Below are positions 26,860 to 40,365 of a stretch of DNA of 64,000 nucleotides, in pieces. The stretch covers positions 22,630,001-22,694,000 of the forward strand of contig NC_043022.1 of the NCBI RefSeq assembly GCF_006345805.1, given 5' to 3'. The first letter of the stretch is position 1; each line of letters starts with the position of its first letter. Below the pieces are notes generated by a model that saw nothing but the letters and a program-made list of their open reading frames with translations, ran no database searches and was not told where the DNA came from. The position numbers and the translations under genes were made by a program. The stretch comes from Octopus sinensis (lineage: Eukaryota).

Positions 26860-27598
26860 ATGTGAAGGAGTGTGGTTTAGTGGTTAGGGACATTCCGCTC
26901 ATGATCGTAAGGTCGTCAGTTCAATTCCCGGCGGCGCATTGTGTCCTTGACACAAGTCTGAGCAAGGTTGTTTATGGAAGACCAGCAGTCGCCCATGCAT
27001 ACCAGCTTCCCCTCTCCACATCACCGATGTTATCCAAGGGAAAGGCAAAGCCAATACAGCTTGGCACCAGTGACGTCACAGCTTATTTATTAACGTGCAA
27101 GTGGCTGAGTACTCCACAGACACGTGTACCCTTAACGTAGTTCTCAGGGAGATTCAGCGTGACACAAAGTGTGACAAAGCTGGCCTTTTGAAATACAGGT
27201 ACAACAGAAACAGGAAGAAAGAGTGAGAGAAAGTTGTGGTGAAAGAGTACAGCAGGGGTCGCCACCAACCCCTGTTGGAGCCTTGTGGAGCTTTAGGTGT
27301 TTTCGCTCTATGAACACTCACAATGCCCGGTCTGGGAATCGAAACTGCCATACTACGACCACCAGACCGCTGCCCTAACCACTGGGCCATTGCACCTCCA
27401 CACTGGAGCAATATAATGATTGCATTATAGAATTCTCATCTGTCTTTAACCTCTGATCAAACATCAGCAAAGAAAATAGTCATTATAGAAGTATTAGAGT
27501 CATGCTATTTAGCTCTCTTTAGTTTGAGGCTGCAGTCCCAATTAGCCCTCGGCAGGAACTAGCTTATAAGTCCACATGGAATACAGCTTTTAAGCTAG

Positions 27599-27632
<34 letters not shown>

Positions 27633-27775
27633 TGTGTGGTTAGGAAGCTTGCTTCTCTATCACATGGTTTTGGGTTCAATCCCACTGCATGGAGCCTTGG
27701 GCATGTGTCTTCTGCCATAGGCTCAAGCCTACCAAAGCCTTGTGATTGAATTTGAGTGGTAGAGATTCCTGTTGG

Positions 27776-27825
<50 letters not shown>

Positions 27826-28116
27826 AGAATTCACGAAAAAAACAAAAGACGAAGACAGGTGGTGTAGAAAACAAACAGATGTATTAGTATAACGCTCGGG
27901 AATTGAAAAAGTCTTTTACGTTTTGAGCCTACACTCTTTCACAGAAAGGAACACACACACACATATATATATATAGAGAGATATAGATCGCTAGCCACTA
28001 CATATTCTTTATTATCTCGCCTTGTTTCTTTCTGTGGAAGAGCGTAGGCTCGAAATGTTAAAGACTTTTTCACTTCCCAAGCATTAAACTACATAATATG
28101 TATATATATATATAAT

Positions 28117-30087
28117 TATCATCATCATCGTTTAACGTCCGCTTTCCATGCTAGCATGGGTTGGACGGTTCAACTGGGGTCTGGGAAGCCCGAAGGCTGC
28201 ACCAGGCCAGTCAGATGTGGCAGTGTTTCTACAGCTGGATGCCCTTCCTAACGCCAACCACTCCGAGAGTGTAGTGGGTGATTTTATGTGCCACCGACAC
28301 AGGTGCCAGACGAGGCTGGCAGACGGCCACGCTCGGATGGTGTTTTTTATGTGCCACCGACACAGGTGCCAGACGAGGCTGGCAGACGACCACGCTCGGA
28401 TGGTGTTTTTTTTATGTGCCACCGACACAGGTGCCAGACGAGGCTGGCAGACGGCCACGCTCGGATGGTGTTTTTTTATGTGCCACCGACACAGGTGCCA
28501 GACGAGGCTGGCAGACGGCCACGCTCGGATGGTGTTTTCTTATGTGTCACCGACACAGGTGCTAGACGAGGCTGGCGGACGGCCACGCTCGGATGGTGTT
28601 TGTTACGTGCCCTCAGCACGGAGGCCAGTCATTGCGGTACTGGCTACGGTCACGTTCGGATGGTTTTCTTATGTGCCACCGGCACTGGTACCACAAGGAT
28701 ACAAATTCCATTGATGTTCATCTATTTTGATTTGGTTCGATTTGATTTGATACGATTCGATTCTCACTTGCCTCAACAGGTCTTCACAAGTGTCACAAGA
28801 AGGAAGGTATGCACAGGTGGACTGACTACGTCCCAGGTAGGGGCCACGGATTATGGCTTCACTAGTCTTGCCGGGTCTTCTCACGCACAGCATACTTCCA
28901 TAGGTCTCGGTCTCTAGTCATTTCCATGGTGAGACCTAACGTCCGAAGGTCGTGCTTCACCACCTCGTCCCAGGTTTTCCTGGGTCTACCTCTTCCACGG
29001 GTTCCCTCAACTGCTAGGGATTGGCACTTTCTCACACACCTCTCTTCATCCATTCTCGCCACATGACCATACCAGCGCAATCGTCTCTCTTGCACACAAC
29101 AACTGATGCTTCTTAGGTACAACATTTCTCTCAGGGTACTAACGCTCTGTCGAGTAAGTACACTGACATTACACATCCATCGGAGCATACTGGCTTCGTT
29201 CCTCACGAGCTTACGCATGTCCTCAGCTGTCACGGCCCATGTTTCACTGCCATGTAGCATAGCTGTTCGTACACATGCATCATACAGTCTGCCTTTTACT
29301 CTGAGCGAGAGGCCTTTAGTCACCAGCAGAGGTAAGAGCTCCCTAAACTTTGCCCAGGCTATTCTTATTCTAGCAGTTACACTTTCAGCGCACCCACCCC
29401 CACTACTGACTTGGTCACCTAGATAGCGGAAACTATCAACTACTTCTAGTTGTTCCCCCCGGAAAGTGACAGAAGTTGTTTTCTGCAGATTTTCGGAGGT
29501 CAGTGCTCCAGAGCACCTGCCACATACAAAAACTATCTTCCCAGTTAGCCTACCTTTGACATTGCTGCACCTCTTATGTGTCCATAGCTTACACTGGGTA
29601 CATCTTATAGAGTTTCTACCTACACCTTTTCTACAGATCGAGCAGGGCCATCTTCCTGATGATATTTGTGGGTTTTCTACCTTTCTACTTATTAGTACTT
29701 TGGTTTTAGCTAGGTTGACTCTAAGGCCCCTCGATTCTAAACCCTCCTTCCACACCTGGAACTTCTCCTCCAGTTCTGATAGTGACTCAGCGATTAGAGC
29801 GAGGTCGTCAGCATAGAGGAGCTCCCAGGGGCAACCGGTCTTGAATTCCTCCGTTATTGCCTGGAGGACTATGATAAATAGGAGGGGGCTGAGTACTGAA
29901 CCCTGGTGGACCCCACCTCTACTTTGAATTCTTCTGTGTACATGTTGCCAACTCTAACCTTACTTACGGCATCTCTGTACATGGCTTGCACAGCCCTCAC
30001 CAGCCATTCATCTATCCCTAGTTTCCTCATTGACCACCAGATGAGGGATCGGGGGACCCTATCAAAGGCTTTCTCCATGTCAACAAT
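28117..30087 (-). mobile_element. RTE-clade LINE, 5'-truncated within RT, one frameshift, complete 3' UTR with (ATG)n tail
   Basis: DMEKAFDRVPR, (G)VHQGSVLSP, LLYADD, RRLRWYGHV, GRGRP motifs; 1-nt loss in a G-run near 29911; stop at 28862; tail atcatcatcgtttaacg at 28117-28140. Confidence 0.95.
28268..28600. repeat. ~57-bp tandem repeat (about 5 units) inside the RTE 3' UTR
   Basis: Unit tatgtgccaccgacacaggtgccagacgaggctggcagacggccacgctcggatggtg(t)n. Confidence 0.9.
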
Positions 30088-30091
30088 ATAA

Positions 30092-30136
<45 letters not shown>

Positions 30137-30540
30137 AGGCACAGGAGTGGCTGTGTGGTAAGTAGCTTGCTAAGCAACCACATGGTTCCGGGTTCAGTCC
30201 CACTGCGTAGCACCTTGGGCAAGTGTCTTCTGCTATAGCCCCGGGCCGACCAATGCCTTGTGAGTGGATTTGGTAGACGGAAACTGAAAGAAGCCTGTCG
30301 TATATATGTATATGTATGTATGTGTATGTGTTTGTGTGTCTGTGTTTGTACCCCTAGCATTGCTTGACAACCGATGCTGGTGTGTTTACGTCCCCGTCAC
30401 TTAGCGATTCAGCAAAAGAGACCGATAGAATAAGTACTGGGCTTACAAAGAATAAGTCCTGGGGTCGATTTGCTCGACTAAAGGCGGTGCTCCAGCATGG
30501 CCGCATTCAAATGACTGAAATATGTAAAAGAGTGAAAGAG
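30137..30540 (+). mobile_element. tRNA-derived SINE family A (CORE-like ccttgggcaagt), full length
   Basis: A-box/B-box-like head gtggctgtgtggtaag..ggttcagtccc, central microsatellite, 3' ggcggtgctccagcatggcc..tgactgaaa tail. Confidence 0.88.
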
Positions 30541-30559
30541 TAATATACATATATATATA

Positions 30560-30622
<63 letters not shown>

Positions 30623-31551
30623 TATTATATATACATATATATACAGATAGATAGATGGTTTGCAAGCAACTTGCACATGCAAGTGCTACCAGTTGAGAAC
30701 TCTGCATACCAGAAGCCAGCAAGTGTATGGGGTCATCAGGAGAGAATGTGCGCCATTTTGGGGCCTACCTCTCGACAGCATCAGTGCACACTGCCCACCC
30801 CCCGTCACTGATATGAGGCCCCACTTGCTAGATCAACTGGTTACAAAAAATAAAGCTCAATATTCTTCTAGCCATTTCTCATCATCTCTTTTTAACCAAA
30901 CCCAGTGGCTAGCCTTTCCCACTGCAGTTTGTATATCAGTCATGGTGATATCCCTTTCTCTCTCTCTTTTGGAGAGGCACTGAGCAGCTATACGCACACA
31001 TACACACACAGCAGTAACTTCCACCTACCGAATTCAATCACAAAGCTTTGGTCGACTCGGGGCTATAGCAGAAGACACCTACCCAAAGTGCCACGCAGTG
31101 GGACTGAACCCAAAACCATGTAGTTGGGAAGCAAGCTCCCTAACCACACAGCCATACTGCCCACAAAGGGCTAAACATAGAGGGGACAAACAAGGACAGA
31201 CAAAGGGATTAAGTCGATTACATCGACCCCAGTGCGTAACTGGTACTTTATTTATCGACCCCAAAAGGATGAAAGGCAAAGTCGACCTCGGTGGAATTTG
31301 AACTCAGAACGTAACGGCGGATGAAATACGGCTACGCATTTCGCCCGGTGTGCTAACGTTTCTGCCAGCTCACTGCCTATATATATATATATCATGTGAT
31401 CACATGACCGACCAGACCATCAGATGTTGTTACACATCGCTGGTCACAATGCGTTCGCATTGTTTTAGCCTTTGAATGACGCCACCCCGCTGGCTAAGCG
31501 ATAGATATGTATATCTATTTATATTTATTTCTCCCTCTTTTTTTTTAACAG

Positions 31552-31762
31552 AGCATTTGCACCAACATTTGGAGGGAGCCTGTTTGCATGGTCTATCAGC
31601 TCATATGTGGAAAACATAGGACCACCTTTTGATGTCAACTTGGCGTTCTTTGTCTTTGGTTTTGTCTTCTGGAGTTGCGCAGTCCTCGGCCTTTTACTAC
31701 CCCGTTCTCTTGACAAACAGAAGAAATGCCATAACAAGCCATCACCTGCAAGACAAGGCTAA
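31552..31762 (+). CDS. MFS transporter terminal coding exon ([14 protein letters not shown]...[12 protein letters not shown]...[21 protein letters not shown])
   Basis: ttttttaacag|A GCA TTT; [10 protein letters not shown] motif and final TM helix; TAA at 31760-31762. Confidence 0.92.
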
Positions 31763-31933
31763 AATATATATATATAGCAGGCCTGCGTGTTTGGCAGTCT
31801 GTGTGACCCTGGTAACATATCAAACCAATATATCTGAACTGATGATGCCTACCTGGCAGGCAGTCAGGCTTCAATTTATTTTCACTGGCAACTGTCACAA
31901 CCTCCCTGCCTATGTACTGACAGACATGCATGC

Positions 31934-31966
<33 letters not shown>

Positions 31967-31986
31967 ATATATATATATATATTATA

Positions 31987-32024
<38 letters not shown>

Positions 32025-33040
32025 ATATGTGTGTATGTATATGTAGTATATATATATATATGTTTGTATATGTATATATATATATATATACATGTGTTTA
32101 TATAATGTATGTGTATAAATGTATGTGTTGTGTATGTATATATATATATATCTGTGTATGTATATATATATATATATATATTATATATACGCACACACAC
32201 ATATGCACATACTTATGTATGTATATAAAATATTTTATTTATGTATTAATGCTTAAGATTCATAAACTGTAAATCAACCGTTTTTATATATGTATATATA
32301 TATATATATATGTATGTATATGTATATTTAAAAGCTATGAGGTGTGTTGAAACCATAAACAAACAGATAATGTGTATAAAAAAACAACAACAAACAAACA
32401 CAAAATGACTCTGAATCTGCATTGTTAATTTTACCATGTTCCTGCCATTTCCAACCTCCTCCTATTCATACCACAGACAATTTCACCATTTTTCTGCTAC
32501 ATACAGCCTCAGCAAAATTACAATTCCTGCCACGTCCAAATGAAGTTCACCATATTCTTATCATGTCCTACCTTAACCAAGATTCTGCCAGATACAACCA
32601 GCTTCACCAGGTGCCCGCCCTAGGGAACCTTGCCATATTCCACCTACCCCCCACCCCCGCAGCTTCGCCGTCCTCTCGCCCTTTTGATTGTTTGAAGTGC
32701 GTTTCTTCTTTATGGGAGGTTCCACTTTAGGTGTTTGCCAAAGGCTGTATTAACCTGCTTAAATATTTGGTAGTTCTTTAGCAGTTAAAACGGCTGCTCA
32801 TACACACACACACACATACATATATGCACACACAGCCATACAGAGCACACATGTGGAAGCACATATATGCACATGTAGATATATGCATACACGCAATGAA
32901 AATACCTTTTTTTCAAGTCCATTCAAACAGAGAAACTGAAAGGATACATGCATATATATATATATGTATGTATGTGTGTGTGTTTGTATGTGTATGTATA
33001 TGCATGTGTGTATCTATATATATATGTGTGTGTGTGTGTA

Positions 33041-33272
33041 AGGCGGCGAGCTGGCAGAAACGTTGGCACGCCGGGCGAAATGCGTCGCCGTATTTCATCT
33101 GTCATTACGTTCCGAGTTCAAATTCTGCCATGGTCGGCTTTGCCCTTCATCCTTTTGGGGGTCAATAAATTAAGTACCAGTTACGCACTGGGGTCGATGT
33201 AATCGACTTAATCCCTTTGTCTGTCCTTGTTTGTCCCCTCTGTGTTTAGCCCCTTGTGGATAGTAAAGAAAT
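33041..33272 (+). mobile_element. tRNA-derived SINE family B (ggcggcgagctggcagaaacg..gagttcaaattc..cccttgtgg); further copies near 22430, 26325, 31146, 40712, 54433 and 63354
   Basis: At least 7 collinear ~230-bp copies in the window with a B-box-like gagttcaaattcc. Confidence 0.85.
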
Positions 33273-34322
33273 ATATATATGTGTGTCTGTGGGGGTATTA
33301 TATATATATACACACACATATAAATTTCCACTTTCCATTTTTGTTATAAATAACTGCAGATATTTCCATAATTCACAGTTTTGATAGGTATTTTCACTTA
33401 CAGCAACAACCATTCATGCATAGTGATTGTAATAATGGAATAAGCAGATGGGCTTCAACAGGAAACAGCAGAGATTTACCCTAACTGCCTATATGCATAT
33501 ATATATATATATATATATAGATATATATATAAGTTTGGTGATCTTGTGAACCTGGAACTCAACTATGGTCTATCATTAGCACTTATTCAGCATAACCTGA
33601 CACCTTTGGGTCTCACTGACACCATTACCTCTCATAACCTATATATACATACAAATATATATGCATGTGAGTTTGTGTGTGTGTGTCTATATATATATAT
33701 ATATATCACGTGATCACATTGTTTTAGCCTTCGAATGACGCTACCCCGCTGGCTAAGCGAGCAGGCCAATATATATATATATATATACAAGCAAAACACC
33801 CACCGTCCAGTGGCTGGTGCTGAGTTGTCAAACATTTAAACCAGATTTTCTCAAAACAACTTGTCTCACTATCCCATTTTGTGGCATTATTTCAAGCCAG
33901 CTTGCATTTTTTGCACAAACTGCACGTGCATTTTACTCGCGTACGTGCTGTATAGATCACAACAGCTGATGTACTTGCACGTACAAATGCACGTACCCAC
34001 AGCTTTATCGATCGCATTCTCACCTGGAATCGACTTTTGTCATTTTTTCAACACTTATACATGCCCTGATACCGTCGGTATCTACATATCAAATTTGAGT
34101 ACAATCAGATGGAGGATGCCTGAGATCCTAGAAGACACAGACAGAAAGAACGGATTATATATAAGAGATATGTACATACACACATACAGATATGTTTATA
34201 TATATACATAACTGGCATGCATTGGTTCCAACAACAAAGGATCCAGTTGATCCGATCAACAGAACAGCCAGCTCCTAAAATTAACATGCACGTGTCGGAG
34301 CACTCCACAAGCATGTGTGCCC

Positions 34323-34550
34323 TTAACCCTTTCGTTACCAACCTGGCTGAAACCGACTCTGGCTCTGAGTACAAATGCCTTGTTTTCATAAGTTTTGAAT
34401 TAAAATTTTCTACCAAAGCTTAGTCACGATTTATGTTCCTAACACTAGCTGAATGATAACTAAGTTATTTTACTAAATCCTTTGTTATTTTGAAAGTATT
34501 TGAAAGAAACACACAGCATCTCAAAATAAATACAGTAACGAAAGGGTTAA
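34323..34550. mobile_element. piggyBac-type MITE
   Basis: TTAA|ccctttcgttac ... gtaacgaaaggg|TTAA. Confidence 0.85.
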
Positions 34551-35027
34551 TGTAGTTATCAGGGAGATTCTGCATGACACAGAATGCGACAAGGCTGGCC
34601 CTTTGGATACAGGTACTACTAAATTCTACCGGCTGAGTGAACAGGCACAACATATCATGAAATAAAGTGTCTAGCTCAAGTGGATTTGGTAGACGGAAAC
34701 TGAAAGAAGCCGTTGTATATATGTATATATATATATCACGTGATCACGTGACCGACCAGTCCATCAGATGTAGTTACACATCGCTGGTCACAATACGTTC
34801 GCATTGTTTTAGCCCTCGAATGACGCCACCCCACTGGCTAAGCGAGCAGGCCAACAGAAGAAAGAGTGGGAGAAAGAGTGGTGAAAGAGTACAGCAGGGA
34901 TCACCACCCCCTGCTGGAGCCTCGTGGAGCTTTTAGATGTTTTCACTCAATAAACACTCACAACGCCCGGTCTGGGAATTCAAACCGCGAGTCCGCTGCC
35001 CTAACCACTGGGCCATTGCGCCTCCAC

Positions 35028-35063
<36 letters not shown>

Positions 35064-35461
35064 TTGTGTTTGTCTCCCAACATTGCTTGACAAACGATGG
35101 TGGTGTGTTTACGTCCCCGTAACTTAGCAGTTCGGCAAAAGAGACCGATAGAATCAGTACTAGGCTTACAAAGAATAAGCTTTGGGGTCGATTTGCTCGA
35201 CTATAAAGGTGGTGCTCCAGCATGGCCGCAGTCAAATGACTGAAACAAGTAAAAGAGGTCTTTGTGTGTTTTTTGAATGGCTAATTTATTTGTTTTCCAA
35301 GCTGCAATCATAGTAGTTTCCACACACAAATCTCAGATCAAAACTCTATCCATGGAAGTGCATCAACTATGTATATATTTGTGTATCTATATAGGGTATT
35401 AAATTTTTACAAATTTCACTACCAGTGGCCTACCATGTATAAAGAGTCAATAGACGACATA

Positions 35462-35829
35462 TCCCTATATATATAAACTGCAAAATGTCTGTCTGTATGT
35501 GTGTCCTTTATACAAATCCACAATTTCTCAGTTAGAGGACTCGCACTTTCTATGATCATTCAAAACCGTCCAAGGGTGGTCGTACACATCTTTACATTTC
35601 CCCAGTCACCCCGCAAAGCCATTAAAAAATCAATAGAAGTGACTTTTTTGTGAATTTTCTATCGAAAACCCAATCAAAATGCCCAAAACTTGATACGCCA
35701 ATTGAATGCCAGCTAGCTGTATGTGATTGGTCGGAGATTTGAACAGTACTCGCGTGTATGTGTGCACACTTCCAGCTGTATATACATGCACTAGTACTAT
35801 GACCCAGCATTGTTGGGTCATAGTGCTAG
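35462..35829 (+). mobile_element. Non-autonomous Helitron-like element (third family)
   Basis: 5' TC..TATATATATAAA, 3' hairpin gacccagcattgttgggtc then CTAG. Confidence 0.65.
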
Positions 35830-37808
35830 TTCAATATAAAATAGTGTACATTTAAACACAAAGAGAAATTACCTATAACAGGCAATTTCTACACGCTAGG
35901 AGACAGTCAAAACGACCGAAGACCACAAAAAAAATTTAAGCGATTTCAAAAGGAATGAAAAAATAAATATTTTTACCTTGTTTTCACGGTTTTAAATTAT
36001 TTTATTTTATTTACTAAAAAAATCCGAAACCTTATGTTGCTCCATGCATACCAGATTCCCCTCTCCATGCCACTAATTTTGTCCAAGAGAAAGGCAAAGG
36101 GACTTATACAGCTTGGTTCCAGCGATGTTGCAACTCATTTCTACGGCTGAGTGAACTGGAGTGACGTGAAATTAAGTTTCTTGCTCAAGAACACAACATG
36201 CAGCCTAGTCTGGGAACGGAACTCGCAACCCAACAATTGTAAGGAGGCGCGTGGCTTGGTGTTTAAGGTGTCAGCATCATGATCGTAAGATTGTGGTTTC
36301 GATTCCTAGACCAGGCGATGCGTTGTGTTCTTGAGCAAAACACTTCATTTCACGTTGCTCCAGTCCAGTCAGCTGGCAAAAATGAGTAACGCTGTGATGG
36401 ACTGGCTTCCCATCGTACTGGGGAACACATACGCCACAGAAACCGGGCCCATGAGCCTGGCTAGGCTTTAAAAGGGCGCATTTATTTTTTGTGGAGGCAC
36501 ATGAGCTAGTGGTTAGAGCAGCAGACTCGCGGTCGAGGGATTGCAGGTTCGAATCTCAGATCGGACGATGTGTGTGTTTATGAGCGAAACACCTAAGCTC
36601 CACGCGGCTCCGGCAGAAGGTAATGGCGAAACTTCTGCTGACTCTTTTGCCACAACTTTCTCTCACTCTTTCCTCCTGCATCTTGCAGCTCACCTGCAAT
36701 GGACCGGCGTCCCATCCAGGTGGGGAACCTATACGCCAAGGAAACTGGAAAACTGGCCCTTATGAGCCAGGCATGGCTCGAGAAGGAACAAACAACAACC
36801 AACAATTGTAAGCCCAATGCTCTAACCGCTGAGCCATGCACCTTCATAGAGAATCTGAATCTGAGTAACAATCACAGTACCTCTCACATGCAAAGCAACT
36901 ACTACTACCACTACCACCACTACTACTGCTCCTAACCTAAAGCAGAACTACCATTTTCACTTGAAAGTCCCTTCGTCCATTAGTTCTTCTACCATCTCCC
37001 CCCCTCCAAGATATATGGCAGGTTTCCATGGCAGACATCTTAAAAACTGTTGTTTATTATAACCGTACCTTCTCTCTACCCCCCCCCCCGCATTGGCGAT
37101 ATAATAACGAGAAGGCTTCATTGTGAATTAGTGTGATGATGATGTGTTTATTAGTGGTAATGTCACATAACGTTGATGATGATAATAAGGATTATGATTG
37201 ATGTATTTAAAGATGATAATGGTGATGATGATGGTTATGAAGTTAATGTGTTTATTAATAATGATGACGATGTGTATGGATGGTGGTGATGATGATGAGG
37301 ATGAACATGTATGGATGATGATAATGTGTTTTAGGATGACATGTAGTATGGGTGGTGTTGATGATGAGGATGAGAATGATGACAAGGGTGTGTTTAAAGA
37401 TGGCATGTAGTTTTGGTGATGATGATGATGATGATTTATTTAAGAATGACTTGGGATGATTGTATCGATGTGTTTAACAATGGCATGTTGTGTTCGTTGA
37501 TGACGATGATGATGATGATTTTTTTTTTTAACGATGACAAATGGTGCATTGTTAATGAATTTATTCTTTTGTTCCTTCCTATTTTATTAACTTGTCTTAT
37601 TTATGAAGATTTTTTTTTCTTAACGTTACAAAAAAAAAAAAACTCCAACACATACAAGAAACAAATAAAATAATTTTTTTAAAATTCTTTTCAGTGAAAA
37701 TTATGGTTTTAATTAAATATTTCAAGTGAAAAATTACAGCTTTCACATTTTAACATTTAAACTAACCACATCCTGCCCAAGTTTTCTCCATGTTTTAATA
37801 AATATTTT

Positions 37809-38218
37809 GGATCTTTTCGATTTGAACGGCAGTTTTTTCTAGTGGTGTCATATGAAATTGTCACCCATAATTATGACCCTAGTATCGATCTATTGCAATT
37901 CAATCTGTTTTAGGGTTAGGGGTGGGGGGAAGGGTATCTTTTTTTTTCTTCACAAATGTAAATAAACCCAATCTGTTTCTTAAACGAGGGACATATTCAT
38001 ACGGCACAATGTTTTTTACCTCAATAGAGGTCAGTGATTGGTTGAAATTGCAGAAATTGAAGAAAAAAACAACAAATTTCTTACAAACTATAGAATTTTC
38101 TCAATAAAGCCAAGAGAAAAAGATGCTTCATAAACACATTCTACCAGTATACAAAGTTTAAAATTTTTTAGTTACCTAGAAATTATGTTAAAAACTGCCG
38201 TTCAAAGCGAAAAGATCC
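37809..38218. mobile_element. Same TIR MITE, opposite orientation
   Basis: Reverse complement of the internal sequence; internal ttagggttaggg. Confidence 0.85.
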
Positions 38219-38535
38219 AATATTTATTAGCAACAGAGGCAGTATTGATAACAAACGGTCGTATTTAATCCCACTTAAAAATGGATGTTCTGTTGGAACA
38301 GACTATACTGTGGTAGACACCACAAGAGAAACTCTCATATTGGCTTTTGGTGCAAAATGCACTCTTGTCTATATTGTTAATGGGAAGATAAATCCCCACC
38401 ATCTCCAGTGCCGAGATCACCAGTTCACATGATTTCAACTTTCTCTGGTCTCATCAGTGATGGATACTCAACTGCTAGAGACAACAGCGACTCATCTCCC
38501 CACCAGTGATATACAGAATAACAGTCAGGACAATT

Positions 38536-38760
38536 CAATTCAATTTTTATTGGATCAAAAAGCAAAAGCAAGGCCATGTAAGGGGACAGGGTGTCATACA
38601 AAGAGTTCAGGCCATTTCTGGTCAAGAGAGACTTTGAACCGAGCGGTTGTCGGCATCTTCACTATCTTGTCCGGCAGCTTATTCCACGGATCCGCAACCC
38701 GGATGGAGAAAGCCCCTCTCCTTCAACTGAGATGAAATCGTCGTAGATAGAGCTTTTTTC
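38536..38760 (-). mobile_element. Short 3' fragment of the same CR1-like LINE family
   Basis: Matches 43305-43530 and 61550-61770; ends in an (AATTG)n-like tail. Confidence 0.85.
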
Positions 38761-39654
38761 TGTCTACCATATCTGCTCAGAAGGGTTTGGTCAGCCCAAA
38801 GATATTATAGAAGACACTTGCTCAAGGTGGCACGCAGTAGGACTGAACCTGAAGCCACAGAGTTAGGAAACTAACTCCTTAACCCCACACCATAGCTGTG
38901 CCTATTTTATTGATAATTCATCATCATCATTATCATCCTACGTCCGTTGTCCATGCTGGCATGGGTTGGATGGTTTGACCAGAGCTGGTAAGCTGAGCTG
39001 CTGCACCAGTGGAGGCGCAATGGCCCAATGGTTAGGGCAGCGGACTCGTGGTTGGAGGATCGCGGTTTCGATTCCCAGACCGGGCATTGTGTGTTTATTG
39101 AGCGAAGACACCTAAAGCTCCACGAGGCTCCGGCACGGGGTTGTGGTGACCCCTGTTGTACTCTTTCGCTCCAACTTTCTCTCACTCTTTCTTCCTGTTT
39201 CTTGTTCCCCCAACTTCCTACGCAACCGCTGAGCCTGGATGAACATTCATCCATCCGTCGATGCTCTCGGTGTCGGAGGTAGACCTGCTTTCTCTTCTGC
39301 AGGTCTTACGAATAGCAAAGGACCATGTTTCAGACTTGTCCCTCGCTCAACAAACAAAGAAACAAGCAGCTGCACCAGACTCCAACCTGATTCGATATGG
39401 TTCTTACAGCAGGATGCTCTTCCTAATGCCAACCACTCCAAGTATGTAATGGGTGCTTTTACATGCCACTGGCACAGGTGCCAGTTGTGTGACGACAGTG
39501 TCTACCAATTCCATTTGGCTTGATAAGTCTTTTAATCAAGCACTAAAATTTAAAAAATACCATAACTTCAATTAGTTATATATAACGAATAGTTATTCCT
39601 TTATTATATAATAAGATTAGTGATGTTTATGTATAAACCATCAACTTTGTTTCT

Positions 39655-39741
39655 TTATTGTTTTTTATTTTTCATCGATTGTTCTCTCTTCCCGGATTTT
39701 TGTCCAGTATTTTTCCGACTGACTCCATCTCTTGAAGGCTT
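39655..39741 (-). CDS. FHAD1: FHAD1-like probable terminal coding exon (KPSRDGVSRKNTGQKSGKREQSMKNKKQ*)
   Basis: gatttttcgattgcag|AAG CCT; phase 0; TAA at 39657-39655; AATAAA hexamers overlap the end. Confidence 0.62.
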   Translation of the reverse strand, partial: KPSRDGVSRKNTGQKSGKREQSMKNKKQ

Positions 39742-40004
39742 CTGCAATCGAAAAATCAGAGATATCAAATAATGATATTAAAAATTCTTTAATTCTTTCT
39801 AATACAGGACTAAAGTTTGAAATTCTGGAGGAGGCAGCTAGTCAATGACATCAACCCCACTGCTCAACTAGTGCATTTTAGAATGACATTGCAGGGTAGG
39901 TTTGAAAGGCCAGATTTAGCCGGCTTGAACATAAAACAGGTAGAATATTTGGGATGGATATGGTTGGTTTAAATGCCAAAGTATTAACCCTTTAGATTAC
40001 TCTT

Positions 40005-40365
40005 TTACTTGTTTCAGTCATTTGACTGTGGCCATGCTGGAGCACCACCTTTAGTCGAGCACATTGACCCCAGGACATATTCTTTGTAAGCCGAGTACTT
40101 ATTCTATTAGTCTCTTTTGCCAAACCGCTAAGTTACGGGGATGTAAACACACCAGCATTGGTTGTCAAGTGATGTTGGGGGGGGGGGACAAACACACACA
40201 CACACATACATATGATGGGCTTCATTTGGTTTTCATCTACCAAATCCACTCACAAGGCTTTGGTTGGCCCGAGGCTATAGTAGAAGACACTTGCCCAAGG
40301 TGCCACGCAGTGGGACTGAACCCGGAACCATGTAGTTCGTAAGCAAGCTACTTACCACACAGCCC
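40005..40365 (-). mobile_element. SINE family A
   Basis: Reverse complement of the family sequence. Confidence 0.85.

Noticed and set aside
28268-28600. 57-bp hairpin repeats as CRISPR-like repeats
   Set aside because: No spacers; the repeats lie within the RTE 3' UTR
31629-31967. Listed ORF as the MFS C-terminus, or an apparent frameshift near [10 protein letters not shown]
   Set aside because: The spliced exon uses a different frame that runs cleanly (CTA CCC CGT TCT CTT GAC) to TAA at 31762
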